64,000 nt of DNA from contig NC_087252.1 in NCBI RefSeq assembly GCF_037042905.1, positions 3,536,001 to 3,600,000 on the forward strand, given 5' to 3'. The notes beneath the pieces are model-generated. The model was not told where the DNA came from. It saw only the letters and a program-made list of their open reading frames with translations, and searched no databases. Below, piece by piece: positions 39,690 through 51,787 of the stretch (its first letter is position 1; every line of letters starts with the position of its first letter). The stretch is from Lytechinus pictus (Eukaryota). The translations under genes were made by a program, and so were the position numbers.

Positions 39690-39865
39690 ATACCGTGTTT
39701 ACACTTAATCGGCTTTTTCATAACGTGTAAAACACGATTAACTTGCATCGGCTCGCGGTTCAGAATCAGCAATTTGCACCACCAAAGTAGTAGGTTCAGA
39801 ACCGCGAGCCGATGCAGAATCGGCTTTTTTACTACGTGTAAACAGAAAGCCGATTCTGCATCTGC
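39690..39865. mobile_element. Small inverted-repeat element
   Basis: TGCATCGGCTCGCGGTTC / GAACCGCGAGCCGATGCA and CGTGTTTACAC / CGTGTAAAC inverted pairs. Confidence 0.55.
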
Positions 39866-42144
39866 AATTGGTGCGCATTTCATTTACTTTACCATTGTGA
39901 CATAATTGTAAGCGCACGGATCCAGCGTTGTCTTTATTATGGCGTATTTTGTTGGTCAATACACAGGTCAATACACAGTATGCCCACCATTTTTCCAAAC
40001 ATCACGATCGGGAACGGCGGTATTTTGGCTCCATTCCCGATATTATCGTAATGGTGGGAGCCATGCCGGGGTGGAATTCAGAGACCAGTGAGTTGGGGGG
40101 ATTTTCCCCAGGCCAAGCCGGTCCGGGTTGAGAGCCAAAACAGCGAAGATCAGAAGCTGTTATGTCTCCGAAAAATACCAAATAAATACCAAGATAATGT
40201 GACCATTTACCACTATTCATGAACCAAGCTCATCTATTTTCTCGAATAATCTAACTTAATTCATCCTTTACATGAATTTCAGCCACTTTGAGCAGTGGAA
40301 ACAGCATTATTTTAGCTTTGATCTCGACGTCTTAGTTAAAATTCTTAGTCAGATTTTGCCAAACGAACGCAGAGGGCAGCAACACTGTTGACTTCATGTT
40401 TGCGCGTTGTAATCGCTAACTTCAGCAAATATCCAAATAAATATACGGTGGAGTGAGACCCTAAATCTGATAACTCGAATGATGAAATCATGGTGGAAGC
40501 CGGAATAAAGATGTTCCTGATGCTCAGTGAATTGATTCGGACAAATATTTAGGTTAAATTAGTTCGCTAACATCGCAGGGTACGAAAGTGCATTAGGGAT
40601 TAGCGGGGCCAGGTTTTTCTTAGGGCTGCAGCAGCGGTGTTGAGCGGTGGCTCCGAGTTCCGGGCCGATCCAGGACCCAGAATTTTTTTTGCTAAACCTT
40701 CCGGTCCGGGCTCAAGCCAGGTTATCTTTGCGGGCCCCAACATTAAACACTACGTTATCGTTCAAATTCTCAGTCAGACATCACTTTGCTTGGCTTTGCC
40801 ATTATTTATAAGGACTGAAGTTAGCGACCAAAAGATTTGCCTGCGGCAGTTTGCATGATTTGGTTACGAACTTCAGTCCATATCAAAATTACGGCAAAGC
40901 AACGCATGAGGATTCAAACAATGACGTAGAGATCGAAGCCGATAAACAGCTGTTCCCGATATTCGGAAAAGCGGTGGGCATATGGACATTCAAATGCAAT
41001 TCAGACTTGATATGACATTTGAGAACAACATTTGGTGGTGAATTTTGCTCGAAGTTGGTCGGTGCGAAATTAGCGCCCAATCCCACGGAAAAATCCCAAG
41101 GAAAAAATTCAGAAATTGTGATTTTAGTCAGCTGGCATGGCTGAGTTCAGATTAGTATAGGCCCTTTTTTGGGGGGGATACATTTACATATACTATGTAA
41201 ACTACGAATTTTGTTTACAAACGTCAAAAACTATGCCAATTTTTATATTTGAACAAATTATATCGTATTCATATGTAATAAATATTCTAAAAAACCTTAG
41301 GCCTAACCAAGAAGAAAATATCACATAACTCACAAATACCAAATCCCGCCATGTTTTCAGAACACTTCTTGATTTATCATGGAATATTTCTCTGCCTCAA
41401 TTGCTAAAATATGTTAATTCCAAACAGTTGTAGGTTTTCTCTGAATAATTGCAGTTTCTCTAGAAAGATTGAATAGGAATCGTTTGTCACTCTCTCCAGT
41501 CACAGTTCCGCAGACAAAGTGCACATTTTACCATTGAAATTGCATGCGCAATAAGTGGTGCGTAGCTTTTTAGGGCCTGCGTAGCCTTTAATGCTTTATT
41601 TTATGTTTTAAAATTTAGGACACCTTACCATGTTTCACCTTAATACTACCATGTCCATGTCATCTTAATTTACCAACATTATCTACCAACAACAACAAAT
41701 TATAGGCCTCATTCCAGAGCAATATTTTTCGGCAAGGTTTCCATTTCAGTGAAACAATGTCAATGTTGTGCAGTAACCAATGGCCTAATTGACACTTTGA
41801 CACTCAATGTCATGACAGTACTGCACTGTACAGCATTAATTTAACAAGTCATTCATTCATAAATTCATACCGCCGATATTCAGAGATGGTTTTGTAAAAC
41901 ATTGAAAATAGATATCAGGCCATACTAGCGAATTACTACTCAATGACAATAATGCTCGGCTCAGCTCACCTCAGCCTATACAAAGCATATTAACGCACCC
42001 CATAATCCATTTCGCCAGAGACAGGCGTGTCCCGGCCCGCGCCAACGGGGCAGTGGCGGTACGGTGGCAGTGAAACCCCGTGGCAGTACAACGACATCTA
42101 ACAGTAACACTAACGGTAACATTCTAGAAAATCAGGCCGAGCCA

Positions 42145-42365
42145 CTAACTACGAAAACAATATCAAAGAAAATTGTTATCTAACTTACTGTTTAGCGTAT
42201 TCTGCGAATGAATTTGAAGTCGTTGTCCGAATCTGACCTGTGTTCCTTTAGTTTATGATGAATTATAGACGGACTTCTGAACAGCAAAACAGTGGTTGAT
42301 CGGGTTCTTTTTTCAAATATTGCAATTGGCGGTTACATGCGTACGTGCGCGCGCGCGTGCGAGAA
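42145..42365 (-). promoter_or_regulatory. Putative promoter and first non-coding exon of element C
   Basis: Shares GTTATCTAACTTACTGTTTAGC and flanking blocks with 34010-34230; GC repeat upstream; donor at 42188. Confidence 0.5.
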
Positions 42366-43235
42366 CAATACTTACATACATAGAGCGAGCTAGCTAGCAG
42401 CGCAGCCAACACATCCCGATATTGGGGGGGGGGTAAATCAAGACCAAATCAGGGGGAGGGGGCTTCTTAGCCAAGATACATCCCGATATGGGGGAGGAGT
42501 GAATTGCATGTATAAGACCAAATCAGGGGTGTCTTTTTCTTGATTGGTTCTGGGTTGGCAATTAACCATGCAGTCAATTTTTGCCACTGCTTATCCTTTG
42601 AAAGGATCTATGAAAAAAGTAATTTTGCTCAATTTTTTTCTGTTCTATAATTCCATGTCTTTCTTTTTTTTCTTTCCATTGTCTTTTTTTTCTTTTTCCT
42701 TCTTTTTTTCTGTTCAGTCTTTCTTCTTTTCTTTGTCTTGGTCTTTTTCTTTTCTTTTTTTAAATTTATTTTTCTGTTTTTCGATATATATATTTTTTAC
42801 TTATTTCTTTTTTTCCTTTTCTCTCTTTGTTTAATTTCGCTTTTGTTTTGATTGCAATTGAGAATTTCGTTCATTAGATTTTTTTCTGTAACATATTGTA
42901 CTAGCCTGGCGGCAGGGAATTTTGATATACTGGGGGGGGGGGCAAGACAATAACAGACAAATCATTTCAATTAAGCAAGTAATGATCGGCCTAGAATAGC
43001 TCTCCTCTTTATAAACACCATCCATGAGTGAGAAAAAATAATTAAAACACAATTTGTAAAGAAAAAAAAAGAGGAACGGTTTATGATCAAAAGCAGTAGT
43101 AGCGATATATAAATTGGCCGGGAGGGGGCTTTGGTCGTTGCAGACCAAAATCAGGGTTTGCCGATGGGAATTTCAATAGGGGTTGGGGGAGGAAGACAAC
43201 CAACAGTGAATTCATTTTAAGCAAAATAATGACCT

Positions 43236-43452
43236 ATGGGACATTGCAAGAAACTTGCAATTGAACGCAAGTCAATTTCAAACTCCAAAATCAATTGAAA
43301 GTCTTACTTTTCATTGCAAACTTGCAACTGATTTATTGTTTCTTCCATCAATAAATCTAAAAATTGGTTTACTTTAGATGAAATTAGTCTATCACTTGTA
43401 AATTTGCAACCGAATTTTGGGATTGACTGCAAATATTTCCTTGCAACACCCC
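43236..43452. mobile_element. Harbinger-like MITE
   Basis: GGGACATTGCAAGAAA...TTCCTTGCAACACCCC termini. Confidence 0.55.
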
Positions 43453-46400
43453 ATAGCTCTCTTTATAAAAAGTGGCCATAATTAAATAAGAAAATTAATT
43501 TAAAAATAGAACAAAACTTTAAAGAAGGGGGGGGGGCGTTACATAAAAAAACTGTATACCGTACAGATAGGAGAGGTGGTGTGCCGTTCAAATTATACCA
43601 AGAAACAAAAAGAGAAAAGAAAGGATGGTGAAATGTACAATTTTCTATTTAGTACGATACACATCTTGTTCATGCTCTTTAAAACTTGCATGTTTTAATT
43701 TCAAGATTTTTACGGTAAATGATGATTATATTCTTCCCTTTCGGGAGCGGCTGTGAAATAATTTGTCCGTTGATATTAAGGTACAATAAAATCCTTTTTA
43801 TCAAATAAGATTTCATTGACTCCTTTTATTTTTGCACTCAATGCATCAGATATAAATTTAGAAGGTAATATGTACAATTGTAAAATATAACAAATTAATA
43901 GTATTGTATTTTAAGCACTGGTTCAATGATATTTAAACACATATAGGCCTTTTACTTAATAAAGACAAAGACAATTTAAAAGAATGCAACAGACCATGTT
44001 TGCCATCATGAGCGAATGGGCCTGATTTGGGGAAGCTGCTCGCATAAAAGTCACAACTCAAAAATTTTAATAATTCTAATTTTTAATCTTTGATTTTTTT
44101 TTCTTTAAATCTTCGGAATTATGTTATTGGGTAATGCAATTGGGCATACCATTCACCATTAACATAAATAGCATTCATTAGGCACACACCGCTAAGCCAC
44201 AATTGCGTTACAATTATCCAACAACTATCCATTAATTATACCACTATATAGGCACATGCTACTGAGACACCATATTGGGCATATGGTATACCATTACACA
44301 TATACCACTGAGACTATTGGACACCACTGAGACACCATTGGGTTTATGGTATACCATTCACCATACCAATCATATCATTATAGAGGCACATACTACTGAG
44401 ACACCATTGAATACGACTGAGACACCATTGGGTATATGGTATACCATTCACCATACCAATCATACCATTAGAGGCACATATACTACTGAGAGTCTGAGAC
44501 ACCATTGTATACCACTGAGACACCATTGGGTATGGTATACCATTCATCATACCAATCATACCATTAGAGGCACATACTACTGAGACACCATTGTATACCA
44601 CTGAGACACCATTGGTATATGGTATACCATTCACCATACAAATCATACCATTAGAGGCACATACTACTGAGACACCATTGAATACCACTGAGACACCATT
44701 GGGTATATGGTATACCATTCATCATACCAATCATACCATTAGAGGCACATACTACTGAGACACCATTGTACACCACTGAGACACCATTGGGTATGGTATA
44801 CCATTCATCATACCAATCATACCATTAGACACATACCACTGAGACACCATTGGGTATATGGTATACCATTTACCATTAAATAAACTACCAATTACCATTA
44901 AGAACTTACCATTGAAACACCACTTAAATACCATTCGCGTACCATTTACCATTCAGATCACCATTCAACTACCATAAACTACCACTTACCATTAAGAACT
45001 TACCATTGAAACACCAATTAAATACCATTCGCGTACCATTTACCATTCAGATCACCATTCAACTACCATTCGCCACCATTCAAATACCATTGGCGATTTT
45101 TATAAGGGATAACCTATGGGAAATTCAAAGTTGCAGTTTTTTCGCCGTTTTGAAAACGGCTAGAAAAGGGCGAAGAAAGGGAGAATTTTTGGAGAAAAAA
45201 CGGCCAAAAAACGGCTACATTAGGTTTCCTATGTAAACATTGAATTATTATGGAGTGCCATCATTGTTCAATATAAGCGGAGCTATTGATTTCCCCATGA
45301 AAACGGCGAGAAAACGGCGAATGTTAAGGACAAGGATCCTGTTAGAGGAGTGAAGATACTGAGAGAAAACGGCTAATAAACGGAGAGAAAAGGGCTAGAA
45401 AACGGAGACAAAAGGGCGAATGGGTAGTAAGGTGTGTGTTGCATAAAAGGGAGAGAAAAGGGCGAGAAAACGGAGACAAAAGGGCGAATGGGTATAAGGC
45501 GTGCAGTGCATAAACGGAGAGAAAATTGTGAATGGGTCCCAAGGAGTGCATTGCTCGAAAGGGAGAGAAAGTGGCGGGACAACGGAGAGAAAAGGGCAGA
45601 TGAGTAGTAAGAGGTGAGAGCATGAAACAGAAAAAAAGGTTAGAAAAAAAAAGAAAAGGGCGAATGGGTAGTACGAAGTGCATTGCATAAAATGGCAAAA
45701 AGAAATGTGAAAATGCGCGATATGCATTGAGAAAAAGTGACTATAAAACGTAGAATATATATTTGCAATTTTTCTGCCAACTTAAGATTTTCTGAAGAAC
45801 TCCTTTTGGAAATAAGCTCTAGTTTTCATGGGTAATATTTATTAATAATTCTCATTTCATTCATGTAAACAATTTTGTATATTACTTCCGGGGGGGGGTT
45901 ACGCCTTCTTTCATAAATCTTATTTACATATTGTATAGGCCTACTACATTAATTGTTTTATTTCAACATTTTTTATATTTCATGTGGAATTTGATAAAAT
46001 GTCAATCAGATGAAAATAAAATTTAATTGAATTGGATTGAAACTTCTTTGAATACTTTATTTTTTACTCTTATTTTCCCTTCTTCATGGGCGGGAACCCG
46101 AGGGGGACGTGTCCCTCACTTTTTGGAAAGGGGGGCATAATATCAAATCCCCCTCTACTATTTGTGGTCTTTTATGATGGAGAACAATAAATCATTCAAA
46201 GTCGAATGTAGTTAAAGAGCTTAAATTTGCCCTATTTACTAAAAAAATGCAAAATTTCTCACGCCGAATATTGGCACGCAGGTTGTCAGGGAAGTAATCT
46301 ACAAAATTGTATCGTAATTTGTTTCATGCAAATCGCTATTAAGTAATTATGCTAATTCATGCGTAATTAGTAGGCAAAATCATACTTTTTCCTCTAACTC

Positions 46401-49184
46401 CCTTTATAAAGTTTAGAATGTTCTATTTTTTTTTTGTATAAGAACTCTTTGTCTACATGAACAAAATTGTGATATCAGATCAATTTCTTATGTCTTATTG
46501 TTTTTTGCAATTCCGTATGTATTTCTTTTGTTTTTTACTTTTTGTTTTTCATTATTTTTTCAATTAAATTTGTTTGGGACTCTTCTGACAGAGCTGCCAA
46601 CCGTAACGTTTTTTTGTTTTTTCAGCTTTTGTTTTGAGTGAAAATAAGTCTTCTCGTGTTCGCACCGATAACAAGAAGACAAGACAATGGGAATAGAGAT
46701 GGTGTGATGCCGCGATGTTCATTTTATTAAAGTTTGACAATGTTTCACCTTCAAATTTTATTTGTTTCTAAAACATTTTAGTTTTCTAACAATTTTTAAA
46801 TATATTATAAAAAAGACAAATATCAGTAAGATTTTTTTGTTAGATGATTACATTTGTTTTGTTTGCTTGAAGCTTAAATTTTTGTTTCCTCTGTAATTCT
46901 TTCTTCATTTCTTTCTTTATTGCTTTCTTTCGTTCATTTTCTTTCTTTTCTATCTTTTTTCTTCATCCTTTCTTCTATCCTTCCTGCTTGTTTTTTTTTG
47001 TTCTATCTTATTTCAAATCTTTCCTAGCTTTCTTTCCTGATCCTTTTTTTCTTCCCTTCCTTCCTTTTCTTACTTTCCTTTTATTTCCTTTCTTCTTTCT
47101 TTCCTTATTTTCTTTTTGGTTCCCTTCCTCTCCTCTTCTCTTTTCATTCTTTCTGTCATTCCATCCTTTCTTTCATTCTTTTCTTGCTTTCACTCTCGCA
47201 TGATAATGCGAAAGGCACTTTTCATGTTCCTGATGCTGCAGTCACATTTCCACTACCGCGGCTATGGCGAGTCGAAAACAGCCGTTTTATTAATGTGTAG
47301 ATGGTACAAAAAAGTCTTAACGGATGTTTTTGACCCGCCATAATTAAGGGAAATGTGACTGGGCCATTGGTCATGTAAGTAGTATCCAACAAACCACTTC
47401 GATATATTTTAATTCTTGGGGAGGCATACATCAGCCTCCATGATGTCATGAGCTGGTTCGATCTCGTTGATATATTGGTCAAAACTGTGTTTTATAGTGT
47501 TAAAATGCACGTGAGCTACTTCGTTTTATAGGAAAGATAACTTTTAAAATGTATAACAGAAGCTTTGGAGTGAATGCCCTAGCTGCATGTTGCGACTTCA
47601 ATGGGGTCAATTAATTACACGTCTCGCACGTTTTGTGAACAATGGAAGGTGTGAATGAAGGTGTGAAGATTGCAGTGAACACCTAACAATAGGAAGAATC
47701 TGTTTCAATTTAAGTTACGCAATGATCACTTGTGATCTCTCGTTGTGTTTCTTCAACCCGGATGAATCCCCCAAACCACATTGTCCAATCACGGACCTAC
47801 TACAATAGTCAGCGTTTGTGAAAACGGAATGATAATCGAGGATGATAGTGTATTTTTGATGTAATTAAATAATGATAGTGGTGATAATGAAGGGGGATAA
47901 AGAGGAAGAAGAGGACGAGAATGATGGTGGTGGTAATGATTTTGATGGCGGTGATGATGATGACGATAACATAATTATTTTTTTTCTTGATAAACATATT
48001 GTGTGTGTAAATTTATAAAAAAGGAGGAAATTTTCTTTTTAAGAATTATGATATAAAAAGGACAAAGGACAAAGAAAAAAGATTAGACTTATATTATAAT
48101 TTCTGAAACAACTGGGTCTGGAAAAAAGACTTTTTCTCGAAAGGGTGCGGCCATTCCCACTTCGCAAACGCAAACGATCGTAACAAGCCCAAGATAAAGA
48201 AAATAATACAGTACAGTATAATTGAATACATTTAGCACATTGCAGCATCTTTCCAAGAGAAAAATGATGAAAAAAAAATCATATTTATGAAGTATCAATT
48301 TTCTAAACATAACAAAATACGGTGAAAATGAATTAATTATAGATTTTTGTTAATTCTCTTATGACAGCAGAAAACACGTGTTTGGTATACGAACCACAAG
48401 TGACAAAAGATTTCACACGCGAAGAGGGGCGAAATCGGAAGCTGATAATTTTTTTTTCAGATATAGGCCGATTGATTTCAGCCATTTTAAAATTCTTATT
48501 TTTAGTAGGTATATGTGATTACTTTATGGTGGAATTTTGATGAATTTTAAGAATAAGTTTGATATGATTGATGATTGAAAAAAACTGAAGATTGTTCGGT
48601 ATTATACACTACCATACATTACGGTAGTATGGATGTTATTCCAAGTTGTCTCAAGTACATGCACTCACCCGCTTGTGTGGTACAACATTATTGCTGATTT
48701 GTACTTGTTTAGTCCTATTTATTACTAGTTTTATTACTTTTTTGTGCCTTTCGTCATTTATTAGCAGTTTTGAAGGTTTTTTTTACCGATGGGGGTATTC
48801 ACCCTTATATTAGCCGTTTTGTAGCCGTTTTCCACAAGGGAGGTATTCGCCCTTCATTAGCCGTTTTGTAGCCGTTTTCCACAAGGAAGGTATTCGCCAT
48901 TTATTAGCCGTTTTGTAGCCGTTTCCCACAATGGAGGTATTCGCCCTTTATTAGCCGTTTTGTAGCCGTTTTCTCGAAGGGAGGTATTCACTATTTTATT
49001 CTGATGAAAATCATTGTTGCATACAGTTAGCTTTCCATAGTCGGTACACTTTTTTTGTCGCCGTTTTTTAGCCGTTTTCTAGCCCTTTTCTAGCCGTTTC
49101 CTATTGGGAAAAAGGGAGAAAAAACGGAGAAAAAACAGAGAAAAAACGGCGAATCACCCAAACCAGTCTGGCTCACTGTGGGGT

Positions 49185-49875
49185 GAACGAAAGAATGAAG
49201 GAAAGAAAGAAAAGGCGGAAGAAAAGAGATGAAAAGAGAAGAAAAAAAATTAATGAAGGAAAAAATAAAAAAAGAATAAAAGAAAGTTAGAATAAAAAAG
49301 AGAAAAAAAGTTTCCGCCATTCTTTGAATTTAATACAGAAAGAGAGAAAAAGAAAGAAATGGAAGAAGAATACATGTGTGAAAGACAAAATAAAGGAGAG
49401 AAAGAAAAAAAGTAAGAAAAAGGAGGAGGAAAGAAAGAATGAAGGAAAGAAAAATGTTTTCTTCATTCTTTGAAAGAAAGAAACAAAGAAAGAAGGAAAC
49501 AGTAAGGGAGGAGGGAAGGAAGAAATTAAGGGAGGGAGAGAAATAATAAGGGAAAGAATTATAAGGAAAAATAAAATAAAGAATGAAAGAAAGAGAGGGA
49601 GGAAGAATGAAGTGAGGAAGGAGTGAAAACATAATGGAAGTAGAGAAAGAATTAAAATAAAAAGGAGAGGAAGGGAGGGGAAGAAAAAAGTTGAAAGAAA
49701 GAATGGAGGAAATAAAAAAAGGAAATTTGATAAAGAAGACGGGTAAGAAAAAGGGAGGAAAAAAATGAACACAGAGAGAGAGAAAGGATCAGGAAAGGCA
49801 AATAGGAAATAGAGATAGATGGAACAAAAACGGGCAAGCAGGAAGGATAGAAGGATGAAGAAAGAAGGATAGAAA
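49185..49875. repeat. Polypurine (GA-rich) low-complexity tract inside the hAT element
   Basis: Almost only A and G; explains the Phe/Leu/Ser-rich minus-strand ORFs. Confidence 0.9.
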
Positions 49876-50589
49876 AGTTCAAACTTCAAGCAAAAAATTC
49901 CAATCATCTAACAAAAATCATAATGATATTTGGTGTTTTTAAAATATATTTTTAAAAAATGTTTTAGAAATGAATAAAATTTCAAAGTGATTCTTTTTTT
50001 ACTTAAAAATTAGATGAAACATCGCGGCATTATATAGAACAAGACTCAAAACGAAAGTTGAAACAACTAGATCTAGTTATGAAAACTCAATAACTTGTTC
50101 CTCCGATTACATCCCCAAATCAGTAATCTGAGAACCCATAATATAATTATACAAATTTCCCGCCGATTTTGTGATTATTTTGGCATGTTTCATTGTGTTT
50201 GGTGTAGAGAATCTGCTCCGATCCTACATGCCTTGCTAGTACTAGCCTGTCACACAAAGGCAGGAGGCCAGTTCGATTGGGTTAGCAAGAAAATCACCTT
50301 GCAAAAGTTTATTTATCGATTTTATTGTTGTCTCTGCTTCGTCATCTGTTGGTTATTTTAATGAAAATTCGTCACTTTTAAATATATTTTGTTCAATATT
50401 CTGAAATACGGGACAAATAGGCGTCCCGGGAAGGGTTTGTCGGGACGCCGGGACAAAGAAGCAAAATACGGGACAATCCCGGGAAATACGGAACGTCTGG
50501 TCACCCTGCCCCCCCTCCGGCGAATCAATTTTTAATTTTGATAGGGGGTGAGCTGAGGGGGGTCTAAGTTATGGGTGTGAAAACTTTTT

Positions 50590-51560
50590 TTGTGTGGTAT
50601 TTCTGATTTTCAACAGAAGGGCAATAACACACAAATACCACATATTTGAATTGACAGTACTATACAATGGGCTATGACGTAACATGCTTTCATGTGGTAA
50701 TTTTGATTTACCACAGCAGTATAATTCCACACAAATACCACATATTTGAATTGACACACAATGGCATCATGTGGTATTGCATTCATGCGGTAAGTTTGAT
50801 TTACCGCAGAGCATAACACCACAAAAATACCACATATTTGAATTTACATTACCACACAATGGGCTAATGTGGAAACATGCTTTCATATGTGGTAATTTTG
50901 ATTTACCACAGCAGTATAAAAATGCCACACAAATACCACATATTTGAATTTACGTTACCACACAATGGCATCATGAGGTAAAGCATTCATGTGGTAATTT
51001 TGTTTTACCACAGAAGTATACTTGCAATACACAAATACCATTACCACACAATGGCATCATGAGGTAACATGCATTCCTGTGGTAATTTTGATTTACCACA
51101 GAAATATAACAATACCACACATACCACATATTTGAATTTACATTACCACACAATGGCATCATGAGGTAACATGCATTCATGTGGTAATTTTGATTTACCA
51201 CAGAAATATAACAATACCACACAAATACCACATATTTGAATTTACATTACCACACAATGGCATCATGAGGTAACATGCATTCATGTGGTAATTTTGATTT
51301 ACCACAGAAATATAACAATACCACACAAATACCACATATTTGAATTTACATTACCACACAATGGCATATGAGGTAACATGCATTCATGTGGTAATTTTGA
51401 TTTACCACAGAAGTACCACATAGACAACAAATTACCACAGCCACCAGCTGACGTTACCACACAAGGATATGGAAAATTACCACAGATGTTCATGTGGTAA
51501 CCTACATTCATGTGGTAATTCGTGTGGTAAAGCCGGGTACCACACAGATATACCACACGA
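50590..51560. repeat. Right subterminal repeat array of element A, including a ~104-bp tandem unit
   Basis: TTACCACACAATGGCAT...ATTTGAATTTACA recurs at about 51041, 51143, 51248 and 51351. Confidence 0.9.
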
Positions 51561-51574
51561 CATTTTCGTAAGGG

Positions 51575-51787
51575 TGGAGGGAACATCCTGAGTGTCTCGC
51601 AGACGACCTTGTCCATGTACGGCATGGATGCAACAGAACTGTATCCCACAGAATCCCTGGAGGGGGTCATCTTGTCCACCTCATCGATGAGCTTCTCCTG
51701 GACATGAGAGTTCCTGGCTAATGCATAGAAGATGAACCCAAGGAGTGTGGTGGTCGTCTCGTAACCAGCAATGAAAAACGTTACAGC
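51575..51787 (-). CDS. Cytochrome P450 (clan 3, CYP3A-like), I/K-helix exon, interrupted by element A
   Basis: CCTCACAG acceptor, then AVTFFIAGYETTTTLLGFIFYALARNSHVQEKLIDEVDKMTPSRDSVGYSSVASMPYMDKVVCETLRMFPP (AGYETT and ExxR motifs). Upstream exons lie beyond the window. Confidence 0.95.

Larger units (their letters stand above)
34429..45108. mobile_element. Element C: 10.7-kb CMC-type non-autonomous transposon related to A
   Basis: TIR CCCTTATAAAAA at both ends; AT TSD at 34427-34428 and 45109-45110; ACCATT subterminal arrays at 34445-35470 and 44140-45095. Confidence 0.9.
34376..49180. mobile_element. Element B: CMC-type non-autonomous transposon
   Basis: TIR CACAGTGAGCCA at both ends; GG(G) TSD; GCCGTTTT/AAAACGG subterminal repeats at 34395-34420, 45135-45670 and 48790-49155. 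Confidence 0.85.
34265..50508. mobile_element. hAT (Blackjack-like) non-autonomous element, ~1.4 kb by itself, expanded by nested inserts
   Basis: TIR CAGGGTGACCAGA at both ends; CGGGACA subterminal motifs at 50400-50500; inserted in a poly-C run, so the TSD is ambiguous. Confidence 0.8.
25487..51574. mobile_element. Element A: 26-kb non-autonomous CMC (CACTA/EnSpm-like) DNA transposon
   Basis: TIRs CCCTTACAAAAATGTCCTGTGGTA / CCCTTACGAAAATGTCGTGTGGTA (22 of 24 identical); TG TSD at 25485-25486 and 51575-51576; TACCACAC subterminal arrays at both ends. Confidence 0.9.

Noticed and set aside
49090..49907. Phe/Leu/Ser-rich membrane-like ORFs (also 42544, 46988, 60911)
   Set aside because: They come from polypurine/polypyrimidine low-complexity tracts.
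51299..51574. CYP frame reading on into element A as a new C-terminus, or splice rescue from a donor in the TIR
   Set aside because: The read-through is repeat-derived and lacks the heme cysteine. The stronger nearby donors (GTG|GTATAT, AAT|GTAGGT) are phase 0, whereas the next exon needs phase 2; only a weak CT|GTGTGG fits.
25487..51574. Transposase gene inside A, B or C
   Set aside because: No DDE or Tnp2-like ORF appears in the ORF track or in my hand translations. A heavily spliced remnant cannot be excluded without TBLASTN.
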